From the IMG/VR virus record IMGVR_UViG_3300033076_000183, positions 1 through 26,468 of that record: a stretch of 26,468 nt of DNA, one strand, 5' to 3'. The first letter of the stretch is position 1. The number at the start of each line of letters is the position of its first letter. The notes under the pieces are model-generated. The model did not search any database. It was not told where the DNA came from and saw only the letters and a program-made list of their open reading frames with translations. The position numbers and the translations under genes are program-made. Shown here piece after piece: positions 23,840 to 26,468 of the stretch. The stretch is from a virus. Lineage: Duplodnaviria > Caudoviricetes.

Positions 23840-26468
23840 TATCTTATACTCCTAATTTGTCTATTGATTGGTCCATTAGTTCTAAGATCCTCTAGTATGA
23901 TGTCCACAACTATCTTACCGTTCTCTCTTCTAACCTCTGGAGTACCGACAGTAGTCTGGTTTGTACCGTTATTATTGATATTAACCTCTACATCAATATC
24001 GCCATTCATACTACCAGTGGAATTTAGACGTATAGCGTTATCTAGTCCCATTCTATCTACTGCTTGTTTGCGCAGTACGAACTCACCAGGCTCTAGCATT
24101 GCTGATACGGAGTCTCTCTTGACTAACCCACCAGCACTGAACATAGCATTTATATTAGCTCCTGGTGCTTGTATACCTGATTGTACAGTCTGCCCGTCAG
24201 ATGTCTGGAATGGGGAAAAATATCCGGCAAATCTACTATTAACAGCAAAAGGATTTACCAGCGCCCCAGTTCCTGAAGGTTCAATGTATCTATATTTACC
24301 AAGGAAACCTGGACCAGTTTGAGTTATATCAGCACCGAGGTAGCCAGGTCCAGCACTAAATGGACTATAAATACCAGAAAATCCTGCAGTTTCACCTATA
24401 TTAGCGTTTCCTAGTAAGGTTGTTCTTATACCTTTATTTATAGTGCTAGCTTTTTGTAGCATATAGAAATCAAAGAACATGCCATTGTCTCTATTCATGT
24501 CTGTTATATAATCTAGTAGAGTATTTTTAGATAGAGCAGAATTATTTAGATCTCTGGATACGTTACTAGAAGCCACCGCTGCGAGTTGAAGAGTTTGGTT
24601 AGCCCTAGCAGATAAACCACCTCTTACTCTGCTAGTAGATACTTGGTCTGGACCGTAGCCTACTTGGTTTGAATCTAAGAATCTTATAGATCCATCAGAC
24701 ATTCTTAGATATAGATTGTTTAAGCTACTGTTGGCCACGCTAGAAGCGATTCCGAAGCTACCCCCGGTTATAGAGGGAAGACCTCTTCTTTCTCTAGGTA
24801 TAGAAGCCATCATCATAGAATTAGCTACTAGACTCATCACGTTTGGAGTATTAATTCCTGCTAGTCTCTCTGCCTCTAAAGGATTCCATGGGTATATTTG
24901 ACTAGACCCAGTAGCGTTCTCCATTCGTACAAACCCACCTGGATTTACAGTCCTAATAGTAGTGTCCGTGGACAGTCTACGATTAAAATCGTTATATAGC
25001 TTATCAGCTTCTTGAGCTGCAAATAATCCGCCATATACTCCGCCGTCTTTATTAAAGAACTCCATAAGCCCGGTCTTAGGGTTGAAAGTGCCGCTGCCTC
25101 CAGACTGAAGTAACATTCTAACTTCTTCACTGTTTACGTGCGCTACTAGGGAATCTCCATTTCTACCTTGCTTACTTAGAGCGTATCCTAGGTTACCTGA
25201 AGTATTAATCTCATCAAGCAGATTTTTACCTACTCTCTTAACAGTAGAAGCTTTGATCACATACTCGCCGTTTGATAGCTTTGCAGAAATACTATCGCTT
25301 GTACCAGATCCTGGGCCTTGTACATAACCACCCTCTGCGTAAGCTTTGTCAGCTCCGGGTATAGTGCCCTTACTATAGTTAGCGGCACCTACGGCGTTTA
25401 GTGCGGGGAATATTGAACTATTAGCGGCTATAGATTTAAGGTTACTACGGTCGGCAGTAGTTAGTGCGCTACCTGCATTTACGTTTGCGTTAACAGTTAT
25501 ACCAGTACCTAGATTGGTACTTACCTGAAACTGAACGTTATTCCATGCAGTTTGTAGGGCTGTAGCTATTTCAGTTATCTTAGCACGAGCCTGACTAAGC
25601 TGACCAGGAGTTACCGCTTTAGTTGTAGTATTAGTGACGTCGTTCAACTTTGCTACTTCAGTGTTCAGACTTGCAAAGCTAGCGACTAACGGAGTTAGTT
25701 TCAGTGCTAAATCACCGGTCTGAGTGTTTGCGTTAGTAAGAGCCTCTTTCAATCCGCCAGTAGCATTTATAGTAGCTCCAACTGTATCAAACTTAGTTAG
25801 TGCTTCTCTAAACGCATCTATTTTACTCTTTCTATCTGTTGAGAATGCGTCTAGTAGGCCTGCTACAGCAGTAGTAACACTATATTGGAACCCAGATACA
25901 CTCTCTCCTATAGATTGAGTTATACCGGCTATAACCCCCAGCTTTGAATCGGCCAGCAACTCATTTAAGGTAGGTTTTAATAGCTGTAAAGCGTCTTGAG
26001 TTTTGCTTAGGTTTGTTACAAATCCAGTAAAGTTTGTAGTATCAGTAGCATCAAATGATGTTTTTAACAGAGTAGTTATGTTAGTTATATATCCAGATAT
26101 GGTTTTGGTATATCCCTCAAAACTATCAGTTAGTAATGAATCATATATTTTAAGAGTGGTAGACGCAGCTGCTATTGCATTAGTAAACGTTGCTCCTACG
26201 CCTACAGTGTTATTTACTACGGATGTAACAGATCCAGTCACTGCTTTAAGAGCATTGAAATCGGCTACAGCTTTATTAACTGCCGCAGTTATTCTAGCTG
26301 TATCTGCAGTACCATACTCTCTTTCAGCATCTAGCTGTGCAGTTCTCTTAACAGCATTAACGTCTGTAGCATTTATGCTGGTTATTTCGCTTATTAGATT
26401 TCCAGCTATACTAGTCAAATCTCTTAGAGCTTCGGACATTTGCACAACTCTGTCTCTTTCTTCAAATC
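23839..26468 (-). CDS. Tail tape measure protein, C-terminal part (5' end outside window)
   Basis: Frame is open to the window edge; Ala/Thr-rich helical region; AEGGYVQGPGSGTSDSISAKLSNGEYVI motif; terminal 'VEVNINNN...IVVDIILEDLRTNGPI' as in lambda gpH-like TMPs. Confidence 0.88.
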   Translation of the reverse strand, partial: FEERDRVVQMSEALRDLTSIAGNLISEITSINATDVNAVKRTAQLDAEREYGTADTARITAAVNKAVADFNALKAVTGSVTSVVNNTVGVGATFTNAIAAASTTLKIYDSLLTDSFEGYTKTISGYITNITTLLKTSFDATDTTNFTGFVTNLSKTQDALQLLKPTLNELLADSKLGVIAGITQSIGESVSGFQYSVTTAVAGLLDAFSTDRKSKIDAFREALTKFDTVGATINATGGLKEALTNANTQTGDLALKLTPLVASFASLNTEVAKLNDVTNTTTKAVTPGQLSQARAKITEIATALQTAWNNVQFQVSTNLGTGITVNANVNAGSALTTADRSNLKSIAANSSIFPALNAVGAANYSKGTIPGADKAYAEGGYVQGPGSGTSDSISAKLSNGEYVIKASTVKRVGKNLLDEINTSGNLGYALSKQGRNGDSLVAHVNSEEVRMLLQSGGSGTFNPKTGLMEFFNKDGGVYGGLFAAQEADKLYNDFNRRLSTDTTIRTVNPGGFVRMENATGSSQIYPWNPLEAERLAGINTPNVMSLVANSMMMASIPRERRGLPSITGGSFGIASSVANSSLNNLYLRMSDGSIRFLDSNQVGYGPDQVSTSRVRGGLSARANQTLQLAAVASSNVSRDLNNSALSKNTLLDYITDMNRDNGMFFDFYMLQKASTINKGIRTTLLGNANIGETAGFSGIYSPFSAGPGYLGADITQTGPGFLGKYRYIEPSGTGALVNPFAVNSRFAGYFSPFQTSDGQTVQSGIQAPGANINAMFSAGGLVKRDSVSAMLEPGEFVLRKQAVDRMGLDNAIRLNSTGSMNGDIDVEVNINNNGTNQTTVGTPEVRRENGKIVVDIILEDLRTNGPINRQIRSIR

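Noticed and set aside
23702-24322. 206-aa + strand ORF
   Set aside because: Antisense shadow of the TMP and Dit genes, TTG start, no RBS or recognisable motif.
15719-25918. Short + strand or alternate-frame ORFs within tail genes (e.g. 15807-16097, 21760-22047, 22144-22386, 24945-25130)
   Set aside because: Nested in long structural genes with no independent expression signals.
1-26468. CRISPR array, tRNA genes, introns/inteins, homing endonucleases, DGR repeats
   Set aside because: No regularly spaced repeats, cloverleafs, intein motifs or TR/VR pairs were seen; intergenic gaps are short and accounted for. This was a visual scan only.

Overview
Segment of a lytic tailed dsDNA phage genome with T5-like (Demerecviridae-like) organisation, infecting a Gram-negative host (two-component spanins are present; an alphaproteobacterial host is only a guess). 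The + strand arm (1-13630) is the T5-type replication/recombination operon: family A DNA polymerase C-terminus, conserved hypothetical, D10 helicase, hypothetical, D11 SSB-like, D12/D13 (SbcD/SbcC), D14 resolvase-like and D15 flap endonuclease. It carries non-T5 cargo: a TPR/GT-B glycosyltransferase, a GT-A glycosyltransferase, monomeric class II (B12) ribonucleotide reductase with glutaredoxin, two small ORFs missing from the ORF track (one DUF3563-like), ThyX and a CxxT glutaredoxin-like protein. The - strand arm (26468-13657) is the end of the tail operon: tape measure C-terminus, distal tail protein, lambda-like gpL/gpK(JAB only)/gpI(Ubl), a gpJ-like tip encoded as two genes, i-/o-spanins, and two orphan genes with their own consensus promoter. 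The arms converge on a bidirectional terminator at about 13629-13654. Best leads: the two glycosyltransferases embedded in the replication operon, and a shared 'GG + exactly 10 residues' C-terminus in the two orphans and gpI next to a stand-alone JAB protease. All family calls come from motif recognition and recalled gene order; no database search was run.
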